Assembly: GCA_964016885.1 (NCBI GenBank)
Contig: OZ024741.1
Location: forward strand, 189,968,001-190,032,000
DNA: 64,000 bases
Direction of reading: 5' to 3'
Origin: Eledone cirrhosa
Taxonomy: Eukaryota
The position numbers and the translations under genes are program-made. Of the stretch, positions 1 to 13,274 are shown in pieces (within the stretch, counting starts at the first letter, position 1; every line of letters begins with the position of its first letter). Below the pieces are notes generated by a model. That model was given only the letters and a program-made list of their open reading frames with translations, did not search any database and was not told the DNA's origin.

Positions 1-200
1 TGATGTGCATGAAAGATAAAAGCTGCTTAAAGAAATGCAGAGAAACCCCAGTGGCTGGGTTTAATGGAAGAGGCAGACCCAAGAAGACACAGGATATGGT
101 TGTGAAAACTGACCTTAAAAAACTAAACCTCACAGCAGAAATGACTAAAGGCTGTAAGGGCTGGTGCTATGTGCTGCTGAAGAAGACCCAACCTGCAGCA
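1..200 (+). mobile_element. RTE LINE 3' fragment
   Basis: ORF 3..329 begins CLKKCRETPVAG..RGRPKKT..VVKTDLKKLNLTAEMTK, matching the C-terminus of the other RTE copies in the window. Confidence 0.75.
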
Positions 201-629
201 TACAATGTGGCTGGGCCTATCCCGCTGTCCCCACTTGCACTAGCATTCACTAACAGCTATTCTAAACATCACTACATCACTCTCACCACCCATACCTGCC
301 ATGCCCCCCACACATACACTCACCCCTAGCTGCTGCCCACTTAAAAGTCTTTAGTCTCTAGATTTCCTCACTATCATACTCTAGAAGCCACTCTCCTCAT
401 TCTTATAGACCCCTAACATTCCCTCGCAGCTACCCTCCTGTATTCATCTAAGCTGCTGTCCTCTTTTGCCCCTAAAGCCATTAGATACCCTCACTATCAG
501 ACCCTAGTAGCTTTTCAATGCACCCCACCCATGCCCCTTCCACTACCACTCCTTAGCTATTCTCTCCCTCACTACACCTCCTGTTTCTAGCACTGATTAT
601 TCTCATCTCCATGGGAGAGAGAAATAAAA

Positions 630-1125
630 AACAGGAGTGGGTTGAGAGGTCCCTTCAGTCATGCCACAGTATGGCAACCACTCTAGTGCTAATGATCTAC
701 ACGATAAATGCACTCAGAACATGCTGTGGAGTTGTTGGTGACGGGAAGGGCATCTAGCCATGGAGGGCTTACTAAATAAAGGATTGGGAGGACCCTTCAA
801 TCGTGTCAAGGACATGGCAAACTTCCTAGTGTTTGGTGATCTACGTGAAAAATGCATTCAGTACACACTCTAAAGTAGTTGATGATGGGATAAGCATTCA
901 GGAGTAGAATACTTGCCAAACAAAAAGGCTGGGAGGATCCTCAGTTGTGTCAAAGACATGACAATCTCTCCTGTGCACTTGGTAGAATGTGAGACCATAT
1001 ATAAGTGAGAAGCAGATCCCTGGCCTATCTGGGAGATCAATAGCCTGGCTTCAATACTGACTTGGTCTATGTAGACCCATCCAACCGTTGCTAACAAGGA
1101 GAGCAGACATTAAAACAATGATGAA
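630..1125 (+). mobile_element. RTE-tailed SINE-like element with internal ~140-nt subrepeats
   Basis: Repeated gggaggacccttca..gtcaaggacatggc..ggaagggcatc blocks; tail gcagacattaaa..(tga)n; homologous copy at about 24510-24905. Confidence 0.6.
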
Positions 1126-1849
1126 AGGCAGTGGCATGAAGCTGGTTGGTTGAAGATGTTGGAGATTGATGGGAATTTTTTAACTCCACCAAAAACTTTT
1201 TTTGCTTTGCACAGCAAAAAAAAAACCAACAAAAGACAAGATCTAAAGTGGAAACTAAAAAGGCTGCACGTATGCAGAGAAATACAAGTAAACTTATAAT
1301 ATACAGAAGGATGCCTAGAACTGACACTGATGATCCCTACCTACATGCTATTGCTAGCCACCACTAACTCTCTCTTGCCACAACTTATCTTTATTGCTAT
1401 CTCATCAAGCTCATGCTATTTTTTTTTCAATCTCCTTACCACTAGCAACCAGCATGTAGCTATTACTGTCTCTCTTTCATTACTGTTTCTCCTATCACAC
1501 ATACCCCCTCATATTCACGTCCATGGTCATTACTGCCAGCCATGTTTACTTTGAAGAATGGTTGGTATTTGGAAGTGCATCTAGCTATGGAAAACATACC
1601 AAAAATGAAACATGCAAGCAATCTAGGAGGGCAGTATCTCTTAATAATAATAATAATAATAATGAAATTATTGTGTACAGTGGTGCTCAGATGCACTACA
1701 ACTCATCAAAGGTGCATGTATAGTACATAGAATAATGTTCAAATGTCAAGAAAATGAACAGTGTATGAGTCATGAAATACATGTGTGCATGTGTATGGAG
1801 GGGGGGGGGGTCAGGTGTAGTGTTGGCATGGAGGTTTTAGGGAGCATGG

Positions 1850-2810
1850 AGGTTTTAAAGGGTGCAGTGTCTCGACAGCTAACAACCGATGCAGGTAGTT
1901 TGTTCCATGCTTCAGCAACTCTGAGCATGAAAAAATGTTTCCAAAAGTCATTGGAACTGTACTGATTTCTGACTTTGTAGGCATGCCCACGTGTGTTAGA
2001 CACATGGATCAAAAAGGTGCTCAGGGTTGTTGTTAGCAAGATGGTTAATAATTTTGTGGGTGTTTACCAAGTCAGTTGCCAGATGTCGGAGCTTCAATGT
2101 ATCCATACCCAGGGAAGCAAGGCGTTCAGAGTATGGTAGGTGTCTGATGGAGGGTATTTGCTTGGTTGCACGTCTCTGAGCAGTTTCCAGGCGGTCAATG
2201 TTCTGAGCAAGATAGGGATTCCAGACTACTGGTGATGCAAATTCTAAGTGTGGCTGCACCATAGCTATATACAGCTTTAAATAGATAGCTGGAGAGCGGC
2301 TGACAAAGGTCTTGCTGAGCGATGCTAAGACACCCTTGGCTTTCTTGACAATTTTAGAGATGTGCTTCGTCCAACGCAAATTGCTGCTGACAGTAATGCC
2401 CAGGTCATGTTCACAAGAGGACTTCTTGATATCAGTGTTGTGGAGGGAGTATGTGGATGCTGGGTTTTTCCTCCTAAAATGCATGGTGGTACACGTATCC
2501 ACAGCTAGCTTGAGTTGTCAGTCTGTGATCCATTGTTGCATTGTGTCCATGTCAGATTGCAGGCAAGATCTATAGTGTTCAGGATCTGTCCTTTTTTATC
2601 TCAAGGTACAACTTGATGTCATCTGCATATTTCAGTACTGTGGCATTCTTTAAGTTGGCATCTATGTCATTAATATATGCCACAAACAAATGGGGACCAA
2701 GAACAGATCCCTGTGGTACACCAGATGACATCTCATATGGTGAGGAATGCTGTCCTCTCTTCGATTGAGAATGAAGGACTTCAACCAGTTAAAAAGATCA
2801 TCCTTCACAC
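1850..2810 (-). mobile_element. CR1-clade LINE, decayed RT C-terminal half
   Basis: Minus strand encodes SSGVPQGSVLGP, YADDIKLY, PHLEFASPVVWNP and TRGH..FF..RVAEAWNKLP..VV across frameshifts. Confidence 0.88.
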
Positions 2811-3108
2811 AAGAACTGACTAAGACAAAAGCATCTGATCCAACATATACCAGCTTGAAAAGTTGATGTAAAATGATGAGGAAGAGGGTAAATAGGAGGA
2901 CATATATGAGTGTATATATATATGTGTACAGGCATAGGCATGGGCTTAAGATATTTGTTTTGCAACCACATGGTTTCAAGTTCTATTCCAATGAATAGCA
3001 TTTTAGTCAAGTGTCTTCTACAGTAACTTCAAATTGACCAATACCTTGACTGAATTTAGTAGATGGAAACTGTATGAAACCTGTCAAGTGCATATATTTT
3101 TGTGTCTA

Positions 3109-3563
3109 CAGTAAGTCCCTACCTTACGAACATCCCACTAACGAACTTCCGCAGATAGGAATAGTCTCACAAAAAAAAATGTCTGAGTTTGAAATTCACA
3201 TTTCTGTGGGCTATTTTTGGCCCTGGGTTCCTTCTTTTGCAGCATAAAACCAAACCAAAGCGTACCTACGGTGTGGGATACCATTCTCCTTTTGTAGAAT
3301 TGAAAAGTCCTTTTTTTCTTTAACAATTTATTGTCATTAGCTTTACCGTAATTAAATTCATTATTACATGTTATATATACCCCTCTCTCTCTCTCTCGCT
3401 ATATATATATGTATATATATATCATTCATATGGAAACCTACAGTATCAATGTTACATATATGGGCTTACTGGTATGTACTGTGTTAGACGATCAACTTAC
3501 AAACAAATCAACTAACAAACAGCCTATTGGAATGTAACTCATTCATAAGTTGGGGACTTACTA
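3109..3563. mobile_element. Tigger/pogo-like MITE
   Basis: Imperfect TIRs cagtaagtccctaccttacgaa / ttcataagttggggacttacta, each flanked by TA. Confidence 0.7.
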
Positions 3564-3807
3564 TATTTATTTGTTTTCGTCTCTTTGTTATCACTAGTAC
3601 AGTTAGGTATATTTGTTTATGTCCCACATAAACGGAAGTTCTACAGCTCACTGGCTTAATGTGGAAAGATCCATAACTTACTTGAATAACATACGAGAGT
3701 TGGCATCAGGAAGGACATCTGGTTGTAGAATTCTGCCTCGAAAATATCTTGTCCAGCTATTGCTAACATCGGAAAATGGACACAAAAAAGATGATTACAC
3801 ACACAGA

Positions 3808-4003
3808 GTAATAATAATTGTTTCTACTTTTGGCACAAGGCCAGCAATTATCCCAGTGCATTACTGGTACTTTATTTTATCGACCCCGTAAGGATGAAAG
3901 GCAAAATTAACCTCGGCGGGATTTGAAATCAGAACGTAAAGGGCCATAACTCTATGCTGTAAAGCAAGGTGTCTGACGCTCTACCGATACTGCCAATTCA
4001 CCA
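3808..4003 (-). mobile_element. tRNA-derived SINE, family A
   Basis: Reverse complement of ggcagtatcggtagag..gagttcaaatcccgccgaggttaactttgcctttcatccttacggggtcgataaaataaagtacc..gccttgtgccaaaagtagaaac; many copies in the window. Confidence 0.85.
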
Positions 4004-4218
4004 CACAGAGTAATAATAATAACAGCTACAATTACTATTATTAATTCTATGTGACATTTAAACAACCATATTCAATATTTTCACAAAATCTTCAACTTTT
4101 GACTACAAAAAGATTTTTATTTAAGAAGTCTGAAAAATATTCAATATATCTTTACTAAAGTCTTTATTTTCTTCCTGCTCTCTCTCTATTTATCTCTCTC
4201 TCTCTATCTCTATCTCTC

Positions 4219-4252
<34 letters not shown>

Positions 4253-4326
4253 CAATGTACTATTCTAATTCTCTGTGTGTGTGTATACAAATGTGTATGT
4301 AGATTTATACACATATTTAAGCATAT

Positions 4327-4360
<34 letters not shown>

Positions 4361-4704
4361 CATACACACATATATATATATATACACACACATATATATA
4401 TATATGTGTGTGTATGTATATATATATACAAATATATATGCGAGAAGGAAAGTATGTGTGTGTGTGTTTGTGTGTGGATGTAATATTTATCCAATAACAC
4501 AACAGAGATAATATATAAATCAATTAAAAGTAACATAAAATATCAACTGAGAAAGGAATTCTTTAAAACATTATATTGTCTATTTTTTTGCCAATATTCT
4601 AAATATCAATTTATTGATTGGAATAAGTTCTTCCAAAATTATTCTATTTCTTACAAGACAAAGACAGACAAAATTCTAAACACTAAATCAGCATCATCCT
4701 GCAT

Positions 4705-5077
4705 TGTTTTTATGTATGTGTGTATGTGTGTATCTATGTATGTATTTTTGTATGTATGTATGTATGTATGTATGTATGTATGTATGTATGTATGTATGTA
4801 TGTATGTATGTATGTGTACATGTATGTGTGTGTATGTATTTATGTATGTATGTATGTATGTATGTGTGTATGTATATATGTGTGTATGTATCTGTGTATG
4901 TATGTATATATGTATGTGTGTGTATATATATGTGTGTATGTATGTATGTATGTGTGTATGTATGCATGTAAGTATGTATGTAAGTGTATGTATGTATGTG
5001 TGTATGTGTGTATGTATGTATGTGTGTATGCACGTATGTATGTATGCATATATGTATGTATGTATGTATGTGCATAT
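4705..5077. repeat. (TATG)n/(TG)n compound microsatellite
   Basis: Direct inspection; further (CT)n/(TA)n tracts at 4180-4480. Confidence 0.95.
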
Positions 5078-5562
5078 GTTCTTTTATGCTTTTATTAATT
5101 TCAGTCATTAGACTGTCGCAATGTTGTGGTTTGGACTTGAAGGGATCTATTCGATCATATTGATCTCAATACTTATTTTTTAAGTTTGGGACTGATTTTA
5201 TTGGTCTGTCTTTGTTGAATAGCTAAATTATGGGACATAAACACAGACTCAAAAACAAACATAAAGTGACCTTAACATAAGAAATATCAGTAAGATTTGA
5301 GAAAAAGCTAGACGAACTCAGAAACCAAAGTTGGTCTGAAGAAGAAAGATATAGAAGCTGAAAGAACAATTGGTTGGTGATAAATTCAGAGAAATCCTAC
5401 ATCAGAAAGGAAGGGGAGATGTAGACATATAATATAAGAGGGAATTCCTGTGACCAAACCTGCTGAAAGCCATAAACCAGTTTATATTTTAATGTTAATT
5501 ATATTTGATAGCAGAGTAGTGTATTGAAAAATGCATTGTGAGATTTAGCTATTTCCTTTTAC

Positions 5563-6893
5563 ATATGAAAGTGACAGAAAGAGTGCTAGCGCAACTAATT
5601 AGAGAAAGAGTCAAATTAAATGAGATGCAGTTTGGTTTTGTGTCTGGGAAAAGTACAAAAGATGCCCTCTTCTTAATGAAACAACTACAAGAGAGATTCT
5701 TAGAGAAGAATAAGCCAGTATATTTAGCTTTTGTTGGCCAAGAGAAGGCCTTTGAGAGAGTACCCCAATCTGTCATCTGGTGGTCCGTAAGGAAACTAGG
5801 TGTAGAGGAATGGCTTGTGAGGACAGTGCAAGCTACGTTCAGAGGAGCTGTCAGTAAAGTGAGAGTAGGAATGGAGTTTAGTGAGGAATTCCAGATACAA
5901 GTAGGAGTTCATCAGAGTTTGGTCCTCAGCCCACTCTTGTTCATTATAATTCTCCAAGTCATAACTGAGGAGTTTAAGACTGGCTGCCTATGGGAACTTC
6001 TCTATGTTAATGATCTGGTACTTATTGCAGAATCAATAGAGGAGCTAGAGAATGAATTCTGGCTGTGGAAACAGCAGTTGGAATCAAGAGAACTGAGAGT
6101 GAACCTAGCAAAGATTAAAGTATTTATAAGTAGGAAAGAGGACAAGGCTCTCATTCCCTTAAGGAAATGGCCATGTTCAATATGACTGTACACAATGAAG
6201 ATCTTGGATACACATGAGGTGTAGTGGGATAGCAGGCAAACTAACAGGAAAGGAAAACTTCATATGTAGTAGATGTTTAGGAAAAATTGATAGTAGAAGT
6301 GTCAGTGATAGGCACATTTTTCAAATGCAGGTAGGATCTATAGAGGTGGTTGATAGCTTCCTATATCTAGGTGATCAGATTAGCATGGGAGGAGGATGCT
6401 CTGAAGCCATAGTATCTAGAATGAAAGGTTAGTTGTATGATACATGTGTGAGATGCACGATGCTGCACAGTAGTGAGACATGGGCAGCAACTCTGGAGGA
6501 TATGCAAAGACTGGAGAGAAATGAAGCAAGCATGCTCCGATGGGTGTGCAATGTCAATGTACATGAACGACCAAGTATGGACGAGTTGAGAGAGAAACTG
6601 TGTATAAGAGGAATAAACTTTAGTGTGCAGGAGAGAAGACTGAGATGGTATGGACATGTGATGCGCATGGAGGATGACCGCTGAAAGAAGTGCCAAGAAA
6701 TCCCAGTGGAAGGAAGACGCAGCAGAGGAAGACCACAAAAAACATGGGCAGAGGTGGTGCGAGCTGACCTCAGATCACTGAAGCTCACAGAGGAGATGAC
6801 AAAGGACCGTGACAAATGGAGAGATGCTGTGCTGAAGAGGACCTGGCCCACCTTTGCAAGCAGGGAAAAGCAGGCGTAAAATGATGATGGTAA
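5563..6893 (+). mobile_element. RTE LINE, 5'-truncated (RT plus 3' tail)
   Basis: QFGF, EKAFERVP, GVHQ..LSPLLF, ELLYVNDLVL, RLRWYGHVMRM; ends gcaagcagggaaaagcaggcgtaaaatgatgatg. Confidence 0.93.
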
Positions 6894-8000
6894 TGCCTAA
6901 GACAATTTTGCTTTCCTCCTTCTGGGAGGCTCATAACATTAAATACTGATCAAATACTAACATTGTTGATATATTTGACTAGAGAGAAAAACTGAATACA
7001 AGACAAATCAAATGTAGTGTGCAAGAAACAAATATTCTGGTACAATCAATGTGGTGTGTAAAGAGATGTGTTGTATAATAAAAGTGCTGGGTGCTTTAAG
7101 TAGAAGGAACCTGTAGTAAAGTGAGATCAAGGAAGACATGGGATGAAGTTGTGAAGAGTGACCTCAAGAAAGTGAGCCTCACTGACACAGGAGTGAGTTG
7201 ACTAGCAATATGCCATAATACAAAAGACTCATCCACATCAACAAACACTACAACAGTAAAAGTAGATGAGACAAGAAACTGCAAGAAGTAGAGAATTCTC
7301 TTTAGATTGCAGTGGATGAGACAATCTCTTGTGTTACAAAGGAGCACTTTGCATAGCCCTCTCCTTGTAAAGTGCTGGATGAATACATCAAGGCAACATC
7401 GAGTCTTGAGGATCTCCTGACAACATCTCTGGTGCTGGTGCCATGATAAAATGCATCCAGTATACTCAGTAAAGTGGTAATGCTGGTACTACAATGAAAT
7501 GCACCAAGTACACTCACTAAATTGTTGACATTAGAAGGGCATACTGCCACAGAAACCATACCAAATATGGAACATATGAGCAACATGAAGTCTCTCACAC
7601 CAATTTAGTCACAGATGATGAACCCATCTAACCTATGCAAGCAAGGAAAGTGAACATAAAATGATGGTGATATATATGTGGGTTGGTGGGTGTGTCTATA
7701 TCCACACACACACATATGAAATAGATATCGTTTTTTACAAAAACAAAATTAAAAAATTAGAGACATAGGTGGAGAAGTTAAAAACAGCTCAAAATACAGT
7801 AATTTATTATAAATAGTACAAAAGGCTGTTTCATACTTCTTTGAAAGAATTTTCCAAAAAGTATGTATACAAAATCTTATTGTGCTAAAAATAATAATTA
7901 TATCATCATCATCATCATCATCATTTAACGTCTATCTTCCATGCTAGTGAAGCAAATTATTCATTAAAATAGATACCAAATACGTTTTTACATTAAATGT

Positions 8001-8045
8001 TGATTTACGAACGTTTCGTTCCCTTCCTGGGACTTGTCAAAATCA
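8001..8045 (-). ncRNA. Decayed type I hammerhead ribozyme motif
   Basis: Minus: tgatt-TTGACAA-gtccc agga agggaac-GAAA-cgttc-GTA-aatca. Stems I-III present; core CUGANGA mutated. Confidence 0.5.
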
Positions 8046-8100
8046 GTTATTAAAGATTAAAAACACTCGACAGCCAGCAGCCAAAGAAATTTAAAATGAC

Positions 8101-10128
8101 ATATATATATAGGTTAGTCATTAGTGACGTCTCAATAAGCAAGAGACAAAATGAGACACTCAGGAAGGTCTGGAAGCTAAAAGACCTTTCACTTAAATAT
8201 AAATCTAGGAAAGCCCTTCAAGATGTGAATGACGAAAAAGAAGACGAGTTAGAATCGTATGACATAGATGATAACTGCAATTTCTTACATGACAACTTAC
8301 TTCAGGCTACTGAAGAAACTTGTGGCTGGAGCAGAGCTCCAACCAGACAGAGAGTGACCTGGTGGTGGAACAGCACGGTAGATAAGGCCATTAAAGACAA
8401 AAGACTAGCATGGAAGGATTGGAAAAATGGTGGGAGTAGAGACCGATACTCAGCTGCTAAAAGAGAGGCTAGACGTCAGGTCTACTTAGCACGCAGGGAA
8501 ACTGAGAGTAGGAGGTTTGCCAATGTTCTGCGACGGGAAGATCAGAGACGTGCAGTGTTCCACATTGCAAGGCAGTGTGTCAGTGTAAATCAGGATGTTG
8601 TTGGAGATAAGTGTGTCCAAAATGATGCTGGTGCACTTAGCGTAACTGATCAGAAAAAGGAGGCCTGGAAATGTCATTATGAGACTGATGAATGTTGAGA
8701 ATGAATGAGAGGGAGAGAAACTACTCCCAATAGACCCGACAGGGGTACCACCTATTGAGATTGATGACTATAGGGTCAAAGAGGCAATTAAGGAAATGAA
8801 AAGTGGCAAGGCCGCTGGACCGTCAGGGATAGTTGCTAAGATGCTGAAGGCATCAGGAGAAGTAGGAACTAAACTGGCTGCATGTATAGTCAATTAAGCA
8901 ATCAAGTTATATATGGCAGAGACATACCCAAAGACTGATGCAGCAGTATTCTTGTAAATTGCTACAAAGGTAAAGGGGATGCTCTGGAGAAGAGCAATTA
9001 TAGGGGTATAAACTGATGGATCAGATTATGAAAGTGACAGAAGGATTGCTAGCACATCTAATTAGAGAAAGAGTCAAATTAGATGAGGTTCTTAGAGAAG
9101 AATAAGCCAGTATATTTAGCTTTTGTTGATCTAGAGAAAGTTTTTGAGAGAGTACCCCAATCTGTCATCTGGTGGTCCCTAAGGAAACTAGGTGTAGAGG
9201 AATGGCTTGTGAGGACAGTGCAAGCTATGTACAGAGGTGCTGTCAGTAAAGTGAGAGTAGGAATGGAGTTTGGTGAGGAATTCCAGATACAAGTAGGAGT
9301 TCATCAGGGTTTGGTCCTCAGCCCACTCTTGTTCATTATAATTCTCCAAGCCATAACAGAGGAGTTTAAGACTGGCTGCCCATGGGAACTTCTCTATGCT
9401 GATGATCTGGTTCTTATAGCAGAATCAGTAGCGGAGCTAGAGAATAAATTCTGGCTATGGAAACAGCAGTTGGAATCAAGAGGACTGAGAGTGAACCTAG
9501 CAAAGATTAAAGTGTTGATGGGTAGAAAAGAGGACAAAACTCTGATTCCATTAGGGAAATGGCCATGTTCGATATGTAGAAAAGGAGTTGGGATAAACTC
9601 TATAAAATGTACACAATGGAGATCTTGGGTACACAAGAGATGTAGTGGGATAGCAGACAAACTAACAGGTAGGGATAAATACGTATGTAGTAGATGTTCA
9701 GGTATTTGACAGTAGAAGTCGTAGTGATAGACACATTTTTCAAATGCGGGTAGGATCTATATGGGTGGTTGATAGCGTCTGATACCTAGGTGATCAGATT
9801 AGCATGGGAGGGGGTGTTCCGAGTCCATAGTATCTAGAATAAGGGCGGGTTGGAAGAAATTTAGGGATCTGCTTCCTCAGTTGACGAAGAAGGGTTTCTC
9901 CCTGTGAATGAAAGGTTGGTTATATGATGCCTGTGTGAGATGCGCGATGCTGCATGGTAGTGAGACATGAGCAGCAACTGCAGAGGACATGCGATGGCTG
10001 GAGAGAAATGAAGTAACCATGCTCCGTTGGATGTGCAACGTCAATGTGCATGAACAACCAAGCATGGATGAGTCGAGAGTGAAACTGTATATAAGAAGAA
10101 CAAACTGTAGTGTGCAGGAGAGAAGACT
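8101..10128 (+). mobile_element. RTE LINE, decayed ORF (linker plus RT)
   Basis: TWWWNSTV, GKAAGPSGI, NYRGI, DLEKVFERVP, LYADDLVL, PHD-like CSICRKGVG..WVHKRC; internal deletion near 9085. Confidence 0.93.
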
Positions 10129-10325
10129 TCTGTCCTTGCTAAAGCAAGGGATATAACTGATTTTTTCTATTGATTCACTGATGGGGAATTGTCTTGTCTT
10201 ATAAAGCATCCAGAATTATAATGATTCCCCAGAAAGACAGGTGGTGAGTGAGAATTGTCCATGTGTTTGTCTCTCCAGTGTTTTCTGTTTCTTATATTTC
10301 TCCCATGTGTTTTATTATTGATATA

Positions 10326-11657
10326 TCATAATCTATAAAGCTCAGTGTATGGTCATGTTTCTTTGTTATAAAAGTCTATGATATAGAATTTCTTCAATTG
10401 AAATTTACAATTCAGTATTCGAAATAGCTTCAATTGGGTCATGGCACATATATTTTTTTCAATTTCACCCACAATTACGCAAAAAATCGATAAAACTCAA
10501 TATTTTACGATTTTTCCTCTCTCATTTCAACTGGTTTTTTCCTCTTTCTATTACCCTTCAAAATCTATACAACTTCATACTTTCTGCTACTTTCTCTTTC
10601 CAAGCTGAAACAACACATAAAATGAAACTAAATTATTCTTTTCATTTTACATTGTTCATGTTGATGGTGATACTGTCCGTTTTACTCTCTCATATCATCT
10701 GCCACCTCTATCTACAACCCACACATTTTGCTACTTTCTCTTTTATACTAAATTTGGTTTATTCACCGTTAGCAGCTACACGCATCTTTTAAAAATGTGA
10801 GTTACAATGTTTTTCAATCGTTCCTCGGTCTAACTTTTAGTTGCTTCAAACTTACTGATTTATTTCCAAACGCATACAAACACACACTCACTTCAAATTA
10901 TAAAAAAACATTTAAAGCAATTAAACAACGTGCGTGATTTATAACCACACTAACTTTTAGTTGCTTCAAACTTAATGATTTATTTACAAACACATACAAA
11001 CACACACTCACATAAATTGATAAAAAAAAATTTAAAGCAATTAAACAACGTGCGGCATTTATAACCACAAATACACACTTCATTAAAAAATAAACTAATA
11101 ATTTGCGACAATTCTTTTCTTTAAATCGTAAAATTAAACGACATAATTATTTTCATTTTCGGCTGTTAATTTTCATGGGGATACTAATACCCTTACATTT
11201 CAACTCATACACTTTACAGACTAAACAACAAAAACATTAGCCACATTAACGTACAATTTCGTTTATTCTAAATGTGAGTCTTCAAACTGATTTATTTATT
11301 TGCAAACACATACAAACACACACTCACATCAAATGAATAATTAAACTTTATATCAATTTAACCTCGTGCCGGATTTCTAACCACACATACACACTTCATT
11401 AACAAATAAAAATTCTAATTTGCGACAATTATTTTCTTTCAATCGTAAAATCAAACGACATAATTATTTTCATTTTCGGTTGTTAATCTTCATGGGGATA
11501 ATACTACCCTTCCATTTCACATCATGTGAGTTAACAAATAATTTTTTAAAACACTATTCGCAGACTTCCTTAAACAACAAGATCAATTGCGTAGCCGGTA
11601 TTCATTATGTAGCCAGTAAAGCTATTCAGCCCCGAGTAACGCCGGGCACTCTGCTAG
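10326..11657 (+). mobile_element. Non-autonomous Helitron
   Basis: 5' A|TCataatctataaagct; 3' hairpin cccgagtaacgccggg followed by CTAG|T; internal duplicated blocks at about 10830-11520. Confidence 0.78.
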
Positions 11658-12051
11658 TATATATATATATGTATATATTTCATATATATTCTTACACACC
11701 CCCTTATGTCAGTCAGTTCACAAGCACATATTCACTCATGCATATCCACTCTCTCAGAAGCCGGCCCATCATGGTTCAAGGCTTCTCTTTTAAATATACA
11801 CCTTCACGCACATACACACACACATGTACATACACACCAACACACACATGTATACTCACATGTCCTCCCACATATAAATTGATTACCTCCCTTCCTAAAC
11901 TCCTCTTACATGGAAGAAGTGTTGTTTATATCATGGTGATAGCTGTATTACTGTAAGAAAGATTTCAATCAGATAAACAACAATTTAATCCTTGTGATAC
12001 CAAACCATCTGTAACCACCCTAATTTTATATTACAGATCTGTACATTTTAA

Positions 12052-12234
12052 CCCTTTAGCATTTAAACTGGCCATATCCAATACCTTAATGTCATACTGA
12101 CATTAAGGTATTGTTCTCAAAATAAATAATTTCAAAATTTCATAGATTCAATATTATGTGAGATAATTATGTGAGGTAAAGACTTTACTATGAAAATATG
12201 ATAGTAAATATAAAGTAATGTAAATGCTAAACGG
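12052..12234. mobile_element. piggyBac-like MITE (TTAA TSD)
   Basis: TTAA|ccctttagcattta ... taaatgctaaacgg|TTAA. Confidence 0.75.
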
Positions 12235-12269
12235 TTAAAGTGTTTATAGTTATCTAAAAACCTTCCATT

Positions 12270-12462
12270 AGGGCGGTGGATTGGCAGTATCGGTAGAGAG
12301 TCAGACACCATGCTTTGAAGCATAGAGTTACATCCCTTTATGATCTGAGTTCAAATCCCGCCAAGGTTAACTTTGCCTTTCATCCTTACGGGGTCAATAA
12401 AATAAAGTACCAATAATGTACTGGGTAATTGCTGGCCTTGTGCCAAAAGTAGAAACAATTAT
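12270..12462 (+). mobile_element. tRNA-derived SINE, family A
   Basis: A-box-like tggcagtatcgg, B-box gagttcaaatcc, conserved body, (att)n tail. Confidence 0.85.
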
Positions 12463-13274
12463 AATATTATGCAAGAAACCTTTTTAATAAATGTTCCAAA
12501 TACCAGCTTAATAATCAGAAAGTTAGAAATATTATAAAATCCTTCGGAATTCTAGATTATTTTCAAACTGATTTGAAATTCATAGGAAGTACATTTCAGT
12601 AGAAATATGTTAATGAAAGGATAAAGTGGTCAAATTAAAGTGATCTCCAGTTTGGAAAAAATTTCTTCCTCTCTCCCAACCTTTCACCATTTTAGGGGCC
12701 CTGAAAATGGCCATGGACATTTCTCTTCTCTTCTTGATTAAACAGTTAAAAAATAGTGAACATAAAATATAGTGAATAACATATGACTGAGTTGATGAAG
12801 GAGTTATAAAGTTCATTTTTTTGTTATTAGCACTAAACTGTGTCTGATCATGCATTTAGCCTTCAAGTGACACAGTCCAACTAGCTGTAAATAGGTATCA
12901 TAGGGTAGGAACAACTCATCACTATAAACAGCAGCACTAGAAAATTACAAGAATTACTTTTTTTTTTCTCAAGACAGTACATTCTAAATTTATTTTTCTT
13001 CTTATTTTTTCTCTTTGGTGCCTTGGCTAGAATTAAATCCTGTTTCTGATTATAACTAGTCAAAATCTTCAGCAGGTGATAATTTTACTCCTGTATCTAT
13101 CTTTTCTGATAAGAACTGCCGACATACTTTATGTATGTAAAATTCTAATTTAGAATGAAGCCAACATCCTGTGTATCAAATACAATATATCTTACCCACT
13201 TTCCATAGGAGAGCAGAAGGGAACAGGAATGTTTGAGGGAGAGCAACAGATTATCTCCCTTAATTCTACACTTA

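Noticed and set aside
4222-5111. YV/CM/HT-rich ORFs (also at 31, 51 and 63 kb)
   Set aside because: Microsatellite translation artefacts
5269-5394. 126-nt minus-strand exon candidate
   Set aside because: The plus strand reads RRKI*KLKE..KFREIL..NLLKA, a decayed RTE linker; the donor is weak
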